39,842 nucleotides of DNA from an uncultured Aquificales bacterium (GCA_964411615.1 CAYPLO010000007.1:1-39842), one strand, 5' to 3'. Positions 14,515 to 25,914 are shown, numbered from the stretch's first letter. A program made the numbers and translations. The notes: generated by a model from the letters alone, not told the origin.

Positions 14515-14891
14515 GGCACAGGGTCAAGAAGGTGAAGCTGAGCAGGACGGCCGAGCACAGAAACATGCTCATAAGGAACCTGGTGACGGCCCTTTTGAAG
14601 CACGAGAGGATAAAGACCACGGAGGCCAAGGCCAAGGCCATGAGGCCTTGGGTGGATAAGGTTATAAACTGGGCCAAGAAGGGGGACCTTGCCAGCAAGA
14701 GGAGGGTATTTGGCTACCTTACCGAGAAGGAGGTGGCCTACAAAATCATAAGGGAGGCCCCCGAGAGGTACGCCGACAGGAACACCGGTTTCACCCGCAT
14801 CTACAGGCTGGGCCCCAGGAGGGGTGATAACGCTGAGATGGCTCTGGTGGAGCTTGTGGACGCTAAGGTAGCCGAGGAGTCTGAAGAATAG
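14511..14891 (+). CDS. rplQ: 50S ribosomal protein L17
   Basis: [31 protein letters not shown]. Confidence 0.99.
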   Translation: MRHRVKKVKLSRTAEHRNMLIRNLVTALLKHERIKTTEAKAKAMRPWVDKVINWAKKGDLASKRRVFGYLTEKEVAYKIIREAPERYADRNTGFTRIYRLGPRRGDNAEMALVELVDAKVAEESEE

Positions 14892-14898
14892 GGGCGAG

Positions 14899-16227
14899 TT
14901 GGGCGTAATCACAGTTGTTGGGGGAGGGCTGGCCGGGGTAGAGGCCACCCTTGCCTGTGTGAAGCTGGGGCACAGGGTCAGGCTTTACGAGATGCGTCCA
15001 TCTTCCACCACGCCGGCCCACAGAACCCCCTACCTTGCGGAGCTTGTATGTAGCAACTCCCTCAAGTCTGAGTCTCCCGACACCGCCTCTGGGGTTCTCA
15101 AGGCGGAGATGGGTATTCTCGGTTCACTGGTTCTTAAGGTCGCTCGTAGTTGCAGGGTGCCGGCGGGTTCTGCCTTAGCTGTGGACAGGGAGTGCTTTGC
15201 CAAGAGGATAACCGAGATTGTGGAGTCCCATCCCGGTGTGGAGGTGGTGAGGGAGGAGGTTGGACGTATCCCTGATGAGCGTCCATGCATAATAGCCACA
15301 GGGCCCCTCACCTCTGACCCTCTGGCGCAGGATATAGCCCGGTTTCTGGGGGAGGATAATCTCAGTTTCTACGACGCCATAGCCCCCATCGTTGATGGTG
15401 AGACCATAGACTACTCGAAGGCCTTCTGGGGGGACAGGTACGGTAAAGGTGGTGGCGATTATCTGAACTGTCCCCTTACGGAGGAAGAGTACAACAGGTT
15501 TTACGAGGAGCTTGTGAAGGCCGAGTGTGTGCCGTATCACCATTTTGAGGAGCCCAGGTTCTTTGAGGGGTGTATGCCCATAGAGGAGCTTGCGAGAAGG
15601 GGAAGAGACACTCTTCTATTCGGTCCCATGAGGCCTGTAGGGCTTGTGGACCCCAGAACGGGCAGGAGGCCCTTTGCTGTTGTTCAGCTCAGGAGAGAGG
15701 ATAGAGAGGGAAGGATGTTCAACATGGTGGGTTTCCAGACCAAGATGAAGTGGCCGGAGCAGAAGAGGGTGTTCAGACTTATTCCTGCTCTGAGGAACGC
15801 AGAATTTCTGAGATACGGCAGCATCCACAGAAACACCTACATAAACTCCCCAAGGGTCCTTGAGCCCACCCTCCAGACCAGGAGGGACCCTGCGCTTCTC
15901 TTTGCAGGCCAGATTGTGGGTGTTGAGGGATACATGGAGTCTGCCGCTTCGGGCATTATCGCCGGCATCAACGCCTCCAGGGTGGCTTCTGGAATGGATG
16001 GGACGGTTCCCCCCGATGTGACCATGATAGGTGCCCTCCTCAGGTATGTATCCTCCTGTAAGGGGGATTTTCAGCCCATGAACGCCAACTTCGGTCTTCT
16101 GCCTCCCCTTGGGGTGAAGGTCAGGGACAGGCGGAAGAAGAGGTTGATGATGTATGAGAGGGCCGTTGAGGCTATGAAGAGGTGGGTTAAGGAGGAAGGG
16201 CTGGAGGTGCTTGGTGAAGTGGATTAG
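14899..16227 (+). CDS. trmFO: Folate/FAD-dependent tRNA m5U54 methyltransferase TrmFO
   Basis: [12 protein letters not shown] motif, [45 protein letters not shown]. Confidence 0.96.
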   Translation: MGVITVVGGGLAGVEATLACVKLGHRVRLYEMRPSSTTPAHRTPYLAELVCSNSLKSESPDTASGVLKAEMGILGSLVLKVARSCRVPAGSALAVDRECFAKRITEIVESHPGVEVVREEVGRIPDERPCIIATGPLTSDPLAQDIARFLGEDNLSFYDAIAPIVDGETIDYSKAFWGDRYGKGGGDYLNCPLTEEEYNRFYEELVKAECVPYHHFEEPRFFEGCMPIEELARRGRDTLLFGPMRPVGLVDPRTGRRPFAVVQLRREDREGRMFNMVGFQTKMKWPEQKRVFRLIPALRNAEFLRYGSIHRNTYINSPRVLEPTLQTRRDPALLFAGQIVGVEGYMESAASGIIAGINASRVASGMDGTVPPDVTMIGALLRYVSSCKGDFQPMNANFGLLPPLGVKVRDRRKKRLMMYERAVEAMKRWVKEEGLEVLGEVD

Positions 16228-17065
16228 GGGCACCCTTAGCAGGGTTAGGAGGGGGAAGAAGGTTGACCAGAGTTTGTGGGTCACGTGCTCCGGTTGCAAC
16301 GAGGTGGTCTACAAGAAGGAGGTGGAGAGGAACCTGAAGGTGTGTCCCAAGTGCGGTTACCACTTCCGCATAGGGGCCTGGGAACGGATAGACATGCTTC
16401 TGGACCAGGGCAGTGTCGTGGAGCACGATGCCAATCTTGCTCCCCAGGACCCCCTCGGGTTTAAGGACACAAAGAGGTACACCGAGAGGCTTGCAGAAGC
16501 ACAGAGGAAGACGGGGATGAAGGATGCGGTTGTGAGCGTGGAGGGCACCATAGGTGGTATACCTGTCCAGTTTGTGGCCTTTGAGTTCGGATTTTTGGGT
16601 GGCAGCATGGGTTCTGTGGTTGGGGAGAAGATAGCCAGAGCCGCCGACAGAAGCCTGGAGAAGAGACAGCCCCTCATAATAGTGAGCTGTTCCGGTGGCG
16701 CCAGGATGCAGGAGAGCATGCTCTCTTTGATGCAGATGGCCAAGACCTGTGCTGCTGTGGGGAGGCTCTCTAAGCATCGCGTCCCCTTCATATCCATCCT
16801 CTCCGACCCCACAACTGGAGGGGTATCTGCCAGCTTTGCCCTTATAGCCGATGTGGTTATCGCTGAGCCTGGCGCCCTTATAGGCTTTGCGGGGCCCAGG
16901 GTGATAGAACAGACCATCGGCCAGAAGCTTCCAGAGGGTTTTCAGAGGGCCGAGTATCTGCTTGAGCATGGCTTTGTTGACATGATTGTGGAGAGAAAGA
17001 GGATGAAGGAGACGCTGGTTCAGTTGCTGCAACTCCTGTCGGGAGGTTGCTATGGTGCGTCCTGA
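16214..17065 (+). CDS. accD: Acetyl-CoA carboxylase carboxyltransferase beta subunit
   Basis: Zn finger CSGC...[43 protein letters not shown]; start 16211 or 16214. Confidence 0.97.
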   Translation: MKWIRGTLSRVRRGKKVDQSLWVTCSGCNEVVYKKEVERNLKVCPKCGYHFRIGAWERIDMLLDQGSVVEHDANLAPQDPLGFKDTKRYTERLAEAQRKTGMKDAVVSVEGTIGGIPVQFVAFEFGFLGGSMGSVVGEKIARAADRSLEKRQPLIIVSCSGGARMQESMLSLMQMAKTCAAVGRLSKHRVPFISILSDPTTGGVSASFALIADVVIAEPGALIGFAGPRVIEQTIGQKLPEGFQRAEYLLEHGFVDMIVERKRMKETLVQLLQLLSGGCYGAS

Positions 17066-17786
17066 TGGAAGGCCCCCCGATAAGCTGAGGAGGGTGAGGG
17101 TAATAAGGGGGTACATGAAGCACGCCGAGGGCTCTGTGCTGATAGAGATGGGGGACACCAGGGTTATCTGCACCGCCTCTGTTGAGGAGAAGGTGCCCCC
17201 CTTCCTTAAAGGGACGGGCACCGGGTGGATAACCGCCGAGTACTCCATGCTTCCACGCTCGACACACACCAGAACCGTAAGGGATGTGGTTAAGGGACGT
17301 ATAAACGGCAGGACCCATGAGATACAGAGGCTCATAGGGCGTGCCCTGAGGGCTGTTGTGAATCTGGAGAAGCTGGGGGAGAGGACAATCTGGATAGACT
17401 GCGATGTGGTGCAGGCGGACGGAGGGACCAGAACCGCCGCAATAACGGGGGCCTTCATAGCCCTTTACGATGCCATGGAGTATCTGGTGAAGACCGGTGC
17501 CATAGAGGAGAACCCCATAACCGATTACCTTGCGGCAGTCAGCGTGGGTATTTACAGGGGTGTCCCCGTTCTGGATTTGAACTTTGAGGAGGACTCCAAC
17601 GCCGAGGTTGACATGAATGTGGTGATGACGGGCTCCGGGAGGTTCGTTGAGATACAGGGGACGGCGGAGAAGACTCCCTTTGATAAGGAGACCCTTGACA
17701 GGCTTCTTGCCCTTGCGTGGAAGGGGATAAGGGAATTAATTACCTTTCAAAAGAGGATACTGGAGGGTGGTCCGAAAAGGCAATGA
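17052..17786 (+). CDS. rph: Ribonuclease PH
   Basis: [44 protein letters not shown]. Confidence 0.98.
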   Translation: MVRPDGRPPDKLRRVRVIRGYMKHAEGSVLIEMGDTRVICTASVEEKVPPFLKGTGTGWITAEYSMLPRSTHTRTVRDVVKGRINGRTHEIQRLIGRALRAVVNLEKLGERTIWIDCDVVQADGGTRTAAITGAFIALYDAMEYLVKTGAIEENPITDYLAAVSVGIYRGVPVLDLNFEEDSNAEVDMNVVMTGSGRFVEIQGTAEKTPFDKETLDRLLALAWKGIRELITFQKRILEGGPKRQ

Positions 17787-18748
17787 GTGCTGTGGTTAAA
17801 GACTTTGAGTTCAGAAGCGAGAGGGAGTGGTATCAGTTCTTTGGAAGAAACGAGGAGAACCTGAAGCTCATAGAGAAGAGCTTCAGCGTTAAGATAACCG
17901 CCAGGGGTGGAAGGGTCTCCATAACCGGAAGCCAGACCGATGTGGAGAAGGTCTCGGCCCTCCTCGACCAGATATACGGTCTGCTTTCCGAGGGGTACAC
18001 GCTGAAGAAGAGCGACATAGAGTTCTCCATAAGGATGGTCAAGGAAGGGAATGGGGAGGTAAGGCAGGTCTTCTCCGATGGAATCTACATAAGCTCCAAG
18101 AAGAAGCTGGTGACTCCCAAGAGCGAGAACCAGAAGAGATACCTTGATGCCATAAGGAGCCACGATATAGTCTTTGGAGTGGGACCGGCGGGAACGGGCA
18201 AGACCTACCTTGCCGTTGCCATGGCCATAAGCGCCCTGTCCCGGAGGGAAGTGGAGAGGATTATCATAACGAGGCCGGCGGTTGAGGCGGGGGAGAAGCT
18301 CGGTTTTCTGCCCGGGGACCTGGTGGAGAAGGTGAGTCCCTATCTCAGGCCTATATACGATGCTCTGTTTGACTTGGTGGGCTTTGACAAGGCGGAGAGG
18401 TTCCTTGAGAAGGGAATCGTTGAGGTGGCGCCGCTGGCCTTCATGAGGGGAAGAACCTTGAGCAACGCCTTTGTTATTCTGGATGAGGCCCAGAACACCA
18501 CCAGTGAGCAGATGAAGATGTTTCTCACGAGGCTCGGATTTGACTCAAAGGCGGTGATTACGGGGGATATAACCCAGATAGACCTGCCCAAGGAGGTCAA
18601 GTCTGGACTGGTTGAGGCCCTTGAGGTCCTGAGGGGGATTGAGGGCATAGCCTTCGTCTACTTTGACGAGAGGGATGTTGTGCGTCACCCCCTGGTGAGG
18701 AGAATCATCAGGGCCTACGAGGAGAGGGCAGGCGGAGGTGGCGGTTAG
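17783..18748 (+). CDS. phoH: PhoH-family ATPase (YbeZ-like)
   Basis: [46 protein letters not shown] 17783 overlaps the rph stop. Confidence 0.96.
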   Translation: MSAVVKDFEFRSEREWYQFFGRNEENLKLIEKSFSVKITARGGRVSITGSQTDVEKVSALLDQIYGLLSEGYTLKKSDIEFSIRMVKEGNGEVRQVFSDGIYISSKKKLVTPKSENQKRYLDAIRSHDIVFGVGPAGTGKTYLAVAMAISALSRREVERIIITRPAVEAGEKLGFLPGDLVEKVSPYLRPIYDALFDLVGFDKAERFLEKGIVEVAPLAFMRGRTLSNAFVILDEAQNTTSEQMKMFLTRLGFDSKAVITGDITQIDLPKEVKSGLVEALEVLRGIEGIAFVYFDERDVVRHPLVRRIIRAYEERAGGGGG

Positions 18749-18750
18749 CT

Positions 18751-20967
18751 TTGTTTGACAGGTTCTACAGAGACCTTTCCGACAGGCGGTTTCTGGTTCC
18801 CATCCTTATCTTCTCCTGCCTCATCACCCTGGTGCTGGTGCCCTACAGAGCCTACCTTCTCACCAGGGTTGCCGTGGGTCGTCCCTCACCCATAACCGTC
18901 GTCTCTCCCATAGATGTGGATGTGGTTGATGAGGAGGCCACGGAGAAGCTCAGGCAGCGGATAAAGGAGACATCCCCTGTTGTTTACAGACTTGATAACT
19001 CCTGGACGAGAAGGGTTTACGAAACCTTAAGCAGGACCTTTTTCATCCTCAGGGGACTGTACGCCAGGGGACAGCTTGACACTGGGAAGCTGGGCGATGT
19101 TCTCAAGAGCCAGCTCGGTGTTGAGCTACCCAAGGCAGATTTGGCCCTGCTCATTGAAAGCGGCTTCTCCTTTGATTTTGAGGAGCACATATCCAAGGTT
19201 CTCAAGAGGCTATCAGGCTACTACATAGTTGATGAAGTTCCCGGTGGCGGCTTTGTGATATACGACCCGATGTTGAAGAGATACTACATGCCGGATACAT
19301 CTGCCCCTCTGTTCACCACCGATTCTGTTAGGGGGCTTGTGAAGAGGCTTGTCTATGAGGTCTTTCCCCTCGAGGAGCAGAAGTTCGCCCCTGCGGTGGT
19401 GGACCTTCTGGTGAAGCTGGTTAAGCCCACCCTCTACATGGACAGAGAGCTGACTAGGGCCTATCTGGAGAGGCGGCTATCGTCTGTTGAGCCTGTGAGG
19501 GTGAGGATAAAAAAGGGAGAGGTGGTGGTATCTGAGGGGCAGAAGGTTACCCCTCAGATATACAGGAAGCTGAAGGTTCTGGCGGATATGATGGATATTC
19601 AGCCCCTCTGGAGGACGCTTCTGGGGCTGTGGCTTCTGGTTTTAGTCTCTGCGATATTCTTTAGCCTGCTCTGGAAGAGGCTCTACAGGGAGGGCCGTAT
19701 CCCCTTCTACCAGGCCCACAGGCTGGCACTGTTTATCGTCTTTGAGTCCATCTTCCTCATAAGGCTCTTCAGCTGGCTCTACAGCAGGGTTCTTGTTCCT
19801 TACGCTCCTGTTGGCAAGTTCTTCATAGGGATGGCATCTCCTCTTTTCCTGTCGGGACTACTTTCGGTCTTTCTCTTCGGCTATTCCCTTGCTCTGGTTC
19901 CCGTTCTGTATGTGGGCATCCTGTCTTCGTTTATCCCTTCGGCCTTCTACTACATGCCCTTTGCGGTGGTGGTCTCGTCCCTTGGAGCCGGAGGTGGTGT
20001 AAGGACCGGCAGAGGGGCAAACGCCTTCTTCAGGGGAATATTCTTGGGGGTTCTCACCCTCATCTTAATCTCTTTTGGTGCTGTAGTTTACGAGTCGGGC
20101 CTCTCCTGGGGCGTTCTTTTCGCCCCATTCATGGCCGGTGTGGCGGTCTTCTTCTCCTCCTTCGCCTCCCTTCCCCTCTTTGAGAGGGGCTTTGGAGTTG
20201 TGACCGATATATCGCTCCTTGAACTTGCCAACCTCGACCATCCACTGCTGCGTATGCTCCTTGAGAAGGCCCCAGGAACCTACAACCACTCCATCTATGT
20301 GGGTATACTTGCCGAAAGCGCCGCCAAGGAGGTGGGGGCCAACCCCATTCTTGCCAAGGTTGGGGGATACTTCCACGATATAGGCAAGCTGAAGAACCCC
20401 AAGTACTTCATAGAGAACACAATGGGAGTGAGCATGCACGAGAAGCTCTCTCCCAATATGAGCAGGCTCATAATAATATCCCACGTTAAGGACGGCGTTG
20501 AGCTTGCAAGACAATACGGACTTCCCAAGTGTGTGGTGGATATCATAGAGCAGCACCACGGCACCAGCCTCATAAGTTACTTCTACCATAAGGCCAAAAA
20601 GTCCAGCGAAGAGGTGGATGAGAGCCTGTACCGGTATCCAGGTCCCAAGCCCAGAAGCAAGGAGGCGGCCATAGTTATGCTGGCAGACAGCGTTGAGGCG
20701 GCCACCAGGTCCCTTGATGAACCCACCCCCTCAAGGATAAAGGCCCTTGTATCCTCCATAGTTAACGGAATATTCACCGATGGGCAGCTTGACGAGTGTG
20801 AGCTTACCTTCAGGGATGTGAGAAGAATCCAGGAGATATTCGTAAAGATGCTGATAAGCTTTTACCACAAGAGGATAAAGTATCCGGAGCAGAGGGAGAA
20901 TGGGGATAACGCTGATAAATCAGACGGAGGAAAGGCTAAGGCTCAGCAGGATAAGGTCCTTCGTTAA
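18751..20967 (+). CDS. Membrane HD-family phosphohydrolase (7TM-HD, PgpH/YqfF-like; probable cyclic-di-AMP phosphodiesterase)
   Basis: N-terminal TM, large extracytoplasmic domain, multi-TM region, then [28 protein letters not shown]; sits between phoH and ybeY. Confidence 0.88.
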   Translation: MFDRFYRDLSDRRFLVPILIFSCLITLVLVPYRAYLLTRVAVGRPSPITVVSPIDVDVVDEEATEKLRQRIKETSPVVYRLDNSWTRRVYETLSRTFFILRGLYARGQLDTGKLGDVLKSQLGVELPKADLALLIESGFSFDFEEHISKVLKRLSGYYIVDEVPGGGFVIYDPMLKRYYMPDTSAPLFTTDSVRGLVKRLVYEVFPLEEQKFAPAVVDLLVKLVKPTLYMDRELTRAYLERRLSSVEPVRVRIKKGEVVVSEGQKVTPQIYRKLKVLADMMDIQPLWRTLLGLWLLVLVSAIFFSLLWKRLYREGRIPFYQAHRLALFIVFESIFLIRLFSWLYSRVLVPYAPVGKFFIGMASPLFLSGLLSVFLFGYSLALVPVLYVGILSSFIPSAFYYMPFAVVVSSLGAGGGVRTGRGANAFFRGIFLGVLTLILISFGAVVYESGLSWGVLFAPFMAGVAVFFSSFASLPLFERGFGVVTDISLLELANLDHPLLRMLLEKAPGTYNHSIYVGILAESAAKEVGANPILAKVGGYFHDIGKLKNPKYFIENTMGVSMHEKLSPNMSRLIIISHVKDGVELARQYGLPKCVVDIIEQHHGTSLISYFYHKAKKSSEEVDESLYRYPGPKPRSKEAAIVMLADSVEAATRSLDEPTPSRIKALVSSIVNGIFTDGQLDECELTFRDVRRIQEIFVKMLISFYHKRIKYPEQRENGDNADKSDGGKAKAQQDKVLR

Positions 20968-21319
20968 GAGGGTTCTGGAGGTCCTAAAGGAGGAGAAAGC
21001 TTCTCTCAGTATAGTCTTTGTGTCCCCTGAGACCATAAGGGCCTACAACAGGGATTTCAGGGGAGTTGATGCATACACAGATGTTATGGCCTTTCCCGGA
21101 GATGGGGACTATCTGGGCGATATTCTTGTGTGTCCTGAGGTTGTGAGGGAGAATGCCCGTGAGCTTGATAGGGATTTTGAGGAGGAGCTGGAGTTCGTTA
21201 TAGTCCACGGGGTTCTCCACCTTCTGGGGTATTCCGACTACACCCCGGAAGAGAAGGAGGAGATGTTCAAACTCCAGAACAGGATAATTCGGGAGGTGAA
21301 GGATGGCACTGCCCCTTGA
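20900..21319 (+). CDS. ybeY: rRNA maturation factor YbeY (variant metal motif)
   Basis: [32 protein letters not shown]; conserved phoH-HD-ybeY context. Confidence 0.92.
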   Translation: MGITLINQTEERLRLSRIRSFVKRVLEVLKEEKASLSIVFVSPETIRAYNRDFRGVDAYTDVMAFPGDGDYLGDILVCPEVVRENARELDRDFEEELEFVIVHGVLHLLGYSDYTPEEKEEMFKLQNRIIREVKDGTAP

Positions 21320-22406
21320 AGGAGTAAAGGTCCTTGACCTTTCAAGACTGGTTCCAGGCCCCTACGCCACCATGATACTGGCGGATTTCGGGGCAGAGGT
21401 GATAAAGATTGAGGCACCGGGAGTGGGGGATTACGCCAGGTCCTTTGAGCCCGTTATGAAGAGGGAAAGCGCCATATTCTACGCCTTCAACAGGAACAAG
21501 AAGAGTGTGGTTCTGAACCTTAAGGATGAGAAGGACAGGGAAAGGTTCTTGAAGCTTGCTGAGGATGCCGATGTGATTCTTGAAAGCTTCCGTCCCGGTG
21601 TTATGGACAGACTGGGAGTAGGGTATGAGGCTGTATCCAAGGTCAATCCCCGGATAATCTGGTGTTCCATAAGCGGGTTCGGTCAGGATACTCCCTACAA
21701 ACACATGCCTGGACACGACCTGAACTTTGTGGCCCTGGGAGGTGTTCTGTATCTTACAGGCTACGAAAGGCCTGCCATGCTCGGCACCCAGCTTGCAGAT
21801 TTGGGCTCTGCCCTCTGGGCCGTTGTTGCCATTCTGCTTGCCCTCAGAAATAGGGAAAGAACGGGGAAGGGAGACTTCATAGACGTATCCATGCTGGATA
21901 CCGTGGTCTCCTGGCTTCACATCCCCCTTGCAGAGCTGGTTGGACACGGTGTTCCCCCTGAGAGGGGTAAGACCTGGCCCACCGGGAGGTATCCCTCCTA
22001 CTGCATATACAGGGCAAAGGATGGATACGTTGCCCTTGCAGCCCTTGAGGAGAAGTTCTGGGTTGATGTGTGCAGGGTTCTGGGAAGGGAGGACCTCATC
22101 CCTTATCACACAAGCGATGAGCCCTGGGTGAAGGAGGAGCTTGAGAAGGAGTTTTCTAAGAAGACTGTAAGAGAGTGGGAAGAGATAGCGCTGAGACACG
22201 GTCTCTGTCTATCCCCCATTAAGGGGGTTGAGCATGTGCTGGAAGACCCACACGTTAAACACAGGGGCCTCATATGGGAGCTGCCCGTTGAGGACGAGGA
22301 CAAGAAACCCCTATCCATAGCTCCACCTGTCAAGTTCAGGAACATAAAGCCCACAGTCAGACTCCTTCCGCCCAAAATGGGAGAGCACAACAAACTGTTG
22401 CCTTGA
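21303..22406 (+). CDS. Family III CoA-transferase (CaiB/BaiF), alpha-methylacyl-CoA racemase-like
   Basis: [57 protein letters not shown]. Confidence 0.92.
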   Translation: MALPLEGVKVLDLSRLVPGPYATMILADFGAEVIKIEAPGVGDYARSFEPVMKRESAIFYAFNRNKKSVVLNLKDEKDRERFLKLAEDADVILESFRPGVMDRLGVGYEAVSKVNPRIIWCSISGFGQDTPYKHMPGHDLNFVALGGVLYLTGYERPAMLGTQLADLGSALWAVVAILLALRNRERTGKGDFIDVSMLDTVVSWLHIPLAELVGHGVPPERGKTWPTGRYPSYCIYRAKDGYVALAALEEKFWVDVCRVLGREDLIPYHTSDEPWVKEELEKEFSKKTVREWEEIALRHGLCLSPIKGVEHVLEDPHVKHRGLIWELPVEDEDKKPLSIAPPVKFRNIKPTVRLLPPKMGEHNKLLP

Positions 22407-22421
22407 ACTGGGCACCCTTAT

Positions 22422-24026
22422 CTAAGCGGAGCTGAACAGACTCACCGACTCCTTTAACCTGTCTATATAGCTCCTTATTGTGGTCACCACCTGGCGCAGG
22501 GTTTCGCTGGCCCTCTTGTTCTCCTCCATTCCTGAAGAGAGGGTCTGGACGCTGTTGTTGATGTCCTCAAGGGCTAAGAACTGCTCCTTTATGGCGTTGT
22601 CTATGAACTGGCTGGTCTCCACTATCTCGTTGACAATCTCCACTATTCTGTTGAATGCATCTTCAGTGGTCCTTATTATCTGGACCGATGTCTCCACAAT
22701 CTCCTCTGTGGATTTCATCTTCTGGTTGGCCTTGCTGGTCTTGTCCTTGAGGCTTGCTATGATGTCACCTATCTCTTTTACCGACTTCTGGGTGCGCTCT
22801 GCCAGCTTCCTCACCTCATCTGCCACAACTGCGAAGCCCTTGCCGTGTTCTCCAGCCCTTGCGGCCTCAATGGCGGCGTTCAGGGCCAGAAGGTTTGTCT
22901 GTTCGGCTATTTCGCTTATTACGTTCAGTATCTGCTCTATCTGCTCCGAGGATTGAACAAGTTCATTAACTGTCTGGGCGAGCTCCTGGGCGTGTGATTT
23001 TATGGTGTTTATGCTGTCAACGGTGGCATTCAGCTGGTCTTTTCCTTCCTCTGTTATCCTTGTGGCCTGACGGAACCTTTCCATGGACATGTTTATGTTG
23101 TCCAGTATGCTTCTGGAGGTGGCGTTTAGCTCCTCCATGGCGCCTGCTGTGCTTGAGAGGGATGAGGCCCCCTGGTCTATGAGGGATGCCAGCTTCTCCG
23201 ATACCTGGGTTAGCTCCCCTTCTGAGGTTGCGAGGGCCTTTACCCCCTCGGTTATCGTCTGGATGATGCCCGCTATCTTCTGCTTCATCACTGTAAGGTC
23301 CTTCGCAAGCTGTGAGAGCTCGTCGGAGCCGGAAGCATCTACGGACGCGTTGAGTCTTCCCTCTGCTATGCTGTGGACAGTGGACCTTAGTTTCTCTATG
23401 CGCTCCACTATCTTGTGGGATACTGCCAGCATTATTATGCTCAGTATAACCACGACGGCAAGCATGACTGACTGAGAGGTGATGAGGAGCTTCATGTTTC
23501 TCTCAAGCTTTTTCTGGAACATCGCAACAGCCTTGTTCATCTCTTTTAAAAGATGGATGTTGTAGGTGGATACGTAGTCAATGGCACTTTCGTTCTTGGG
23601 GTTTTTGAGTATAGTCAGAAGGTTCTCTTTGAATGGTTTCCACATGGACATCACCTTCTCAAGCTGTGCCCTTATAGACGGGTCTGATGTTCCCGGTATG
23701 ATTCTGAACTTTGTCATCTTCAGGTCCACCGGGACCTTCCCTCCGCCGTGAAGGGCATGGAGGGTCTTCTCGAACACCTCCATGGATGTGCCGAGTTCCC
23801 TGGCGAATATGGCTGCCTTTTGCTGGTTTCCAATGTCCATCTGGTGAACAAACAGGACTATCTCCTTGGTCATCTTCTGGGTGAGCATCCTCTGCCTTCC
23901 GGCAACATTGATGATGAAGCCTTCGTTCTTCTGTTTGAAGACCACATATATGGTGCCCCCGATGGTTAGAAGGTATGTCAGTATTATGGCTATGGCTGGG
24001 ATGAACAGCTTTTGCTTGATGCTCAT
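22422..24026 (-). CDS. Methyl-accepting chemotaxis protein with NarX/PilJ-type periplasmic sensor and HAMP domain
   Basis: TM1, [16 protein letters not shown]2, HAMP (DELSQLA), signalling hairpin [41 protein letters not shown] 24026 preceded by AGGAGGGA SD. Confidence 0.95.
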   Translation of the reverse strand: MSIKQKLFIPAIAIILTYLLTIGGTIYVVFKQKNEGFIINVAGRQRMLTQKMTKEIVLFVHQMDIGNQQKAAIFARELGTSMEVFEKTLHALHGGGKVPVDLKMTKFRIIPGTSDPSIRAQLEKVMSMWKPFKENLLTILKNPKNESAIDYVSTYNIHLLKEMNKAVAMFQKKLERNMKLLITSQSVMLAVVVILSIIMLAVSHKIVERIEKLRSTVHSIAEGRLNASVDASGSDELSQLAKDLTVMKQKIAGIIQTITEGVKALATSEGELTQVSEKLASLIDQGASSLSSTAGAMEELNATSRSILDNINMSMERFRQATRITEEGKDQLNATVDSINTIKSHAQELAQTVNELVQSSEQIEQILNVISEIAEQTNLLALNAAIEAARAGEHGKGFAVVADEVRKLAERTQKSVKEIGDIIASLKDKTSKANQKMKSTEEIVETSVQIIRTTEDAFNRIVEIVNEIVETSQFIDNAIKEQFLALEDINNSVQTLSSGMEENKRASETLRQVVTTIRSYIDRLKESVSLFSSA

Positions 24027-24066
24027 AGTGAGTCCCTCCTGATTTGTGTGGTCTGCACTTTTACAA

Positions 24067-24095
24067 AATTTACACCCTTGCGGGCTTTCCCTCAA
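24067..24095 (-). promoter_or_regulatory. Putative sigma70 promoter for the chemoreceptor
   Basis: Minus strand TTGAGG (24095-24090), 17 bp spacer, TAAATT (24072-24067). Confidence 0.4.
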
Positions 24096-24098
24096 GCT

Positions 24099-25907
24099 TT
24101 AATCGAGGACGGGAAGGTATATCTTAAATACGGTTTCTCCTTTTGTGCTTTCTACCTCTATGTGGCCCCCCAATCCCCTGACGATGCTGTAGACGGTGAA
24201 GAGACCCACCCCTGAGCCGCTCTCCTTGGTGGTGAAGAAGGGGTTGAAGATTTTGGGCATTATCTCCTCGGGGATACCCGGACCGTTGTCCTTCACCTCA
24301 AGGAGTGCGTATCTTCTGCCGTTAACATCAACCTGTGAGGTGGAGATGGTGATGCGGGGGTCTCTGGTACCTTTGAGGGCGTCCCTGGCGTTGGTGACGA
24401 GATTGATGATTATCTGGGTTAGGGCTCCTTCTGTTGCCGCTACAGTTCCCGTCTCCTGCAAGTTAAAGTCAACCTTTATGTTCCTTCCTGCCATGCGGGC
24501 TATGGTCTTCTTCCAGCTGTCAATGAACTCTTTGAGGTTTAAAGGGTATGGTTTTTCAACGGGGGATTTTGCAAATTTCACGAGCTTTGATGCGAAGTCC
24601 GAAAACCTAAGGCATTCTTCATACGATTTTGTTAGTATTCTCTTTACCGGCGTATCCTCCTCTAAGCTACCTATGGCCATCGATAATGAGTTCATCACCA
24701 GATTGAGGACGTTGTTGAAGTCGTGGGCGAGCTGGTAGGTTATCTGTCCCAGGGTCTCAAGTCTTGAGTGTTTGTTTATAAGCTCCCTCTCCTTCTCAAT
24801 CTCCTTTCTGGGGGTTATATCAAGAAGGGAGATGAGTATCTCTCCCCTATCTAAGGGGGAGACCGTCTTGTAGAACCATCTCTTGCCGTCTTCTTCAATC
24901 TGAATCTCTTCTGGCCCTTCAAGGAGCCTGCTAATCTTGATGTGGGGAATCACCTTTGAGGCTTCCCTGTTGTTGTAAACTATGCGTCCCCTGCTGTCCA
25001 GTATGAGAACTGCCACGGGCATTGCGCCGAGGAGATTTCTGTAGAGCCTGAGTTCTCTTCTTTTCTGCCTCGCATACAGTAGAAGTAGCACTGTGAGTAA
25101 AGGTATGAGGGTGGCGAGAATCGCTGTGGCCACCGCTTTTACAATCACTCGTTTGGGGTACCTGCCCTTTTCCATGAGCTCCACCGGGAACCACTTGGAG
25201 ACCAGGACATCGAGTCTGCCCAGCCTCTTGAGTCCCGTTATCACCCTGTTCATGTGATTTAGCAGCTCTTCTTCTCCCTTTGCCACAGGGTAAGCTATGG
25301 TGGCTTTCTGCAGCATTATATAGCCTGAGCTGTCCTTTAGTATCCTCATTTTACCCAGGTACTTTTCCGTTATCACCGACACGCTGTTGTAGAAGTCGTT
25401 GAGGAGGGCATCCACATTCCCTTTTGCCAGTGCCCTGAAGCATTCGAGGGTGCTGTTCCTTGTTATCACATCCCATCTGTAGCGGTCCCTCAGGTTCAGG
25501 GCTATCTTTTCTCCTGTGGCCCCTTTCTTGACGCAGACCTTTGCCCCCCTCAGGTCCTCAAGGGATAGGAGCTTCTGGTCGGTTCTCACAACCACAACAA
25601 GCCCCGTCTCAAGGTAAGGGACTGTGTAGTTGAACCACCTCTTTCTCTGTTCGGTGACGTATATGGCGCCTATGGCCATCTGGGCCTTCCCTTCCCTGAC
25701 CCTGTCCAGGGCCTCCTTGAAGGGAACCACCTCTATCTGGAAGTTGTAGTTGTAGAAGGCCCTGACTGCGTTGAGTATGTCTATGTCAAGGCCGCAGTAG
25801 CTGTTTCCGCATTTATAGAAGAAGGGCTTGTAGTAGGCCCCCACCACCTTCACCGTCTTTGCACTCGCGGACGCAAACAGTGCCAGTATCAGAAGTATGC
25901 TTAGCAT
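24099..25907 (-). CDS. Sensor histidine kinase with periplasmic family-3 solute-binding domain
   Basis: Signal peptide, YKPF/GLDIDIL/TEQRK../PYLETGL (amino-acid-binding fold), TM, degenerate PAS, H-box LAHDFNNVL, N-box NLVTNARDA, DNGPGIP, FNPFFTTK, GSGVGL. Confidence 0.93.
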   Translation of the reverse strand: MLSILLILALFASASAKTVKVVGAYYKPFFYKCGNSYCGLDIDILNAVRAFYNYNFQIEVVPFKEALDRVREGKAQMAIGAIYVTEQRKRWFNYTVPYLETGLVVVVRTDQKLLSLEDLRGAKVCVKKGATGEKIALNLRDRYRWDVITRNSTLECFRALAKGNVDALLNDFYNSVSVITEKYLGKMRILKDSSGYIMLQKATIAYPVAKGEEELLNHMNRVITGLKRLGRLDVLVSKWFPVELMEKGRYPKRVIVKAVATAILATLIPLLTVLLLLYARQKRRELRLYRNLLGAMPVAVLILDSRGRIVYNNREASKVIPHIKISRLLEGPEEIQIEEDGKRWFYKTVSPLDRGEILISLLDITPRKEIEKERELINKHSRLETLGQITYQLAHDFNNVLNLVMNSLSMAIGSLEEDTPVKRILTKSYEECLRFSDFASKLVKFAKSPVEKPYPLNLKEFIDSWKKTIARMAGRNIKVDFNLQETGTVAATEGALTQIIINLVTNARDALKGTRDPRITISTSQVDVNGRRYALLEVKDNGPGIPEEIMPKIFNPFFTTKESGSGVGLFTVYSIVRGLGGHIEVESTKGETVFKIYLPVLD

Positions 25908-25914
25908 GTGAATT

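Noticed and set aside
24027..24095. N-terminal extensions given by the ORF track (MCP from 24095; also rplX 5351, infA 11671, phoH 17717, trpG 27749, aspC 32458)
   Set aside because: Downstream starts have proper SD sequences and match the family N-termini.
24027..24098. Sigma28 promoter or c-di-GMP riboswitch upstream of the chemoreceptor
   Set aside because: TAAA and the GCAGACCA look-alike are 12 bp apart rather than about 15 and match poorly. Only a 4-bp GNRA hairpin is present, without the two-stem riboswitch architecture.
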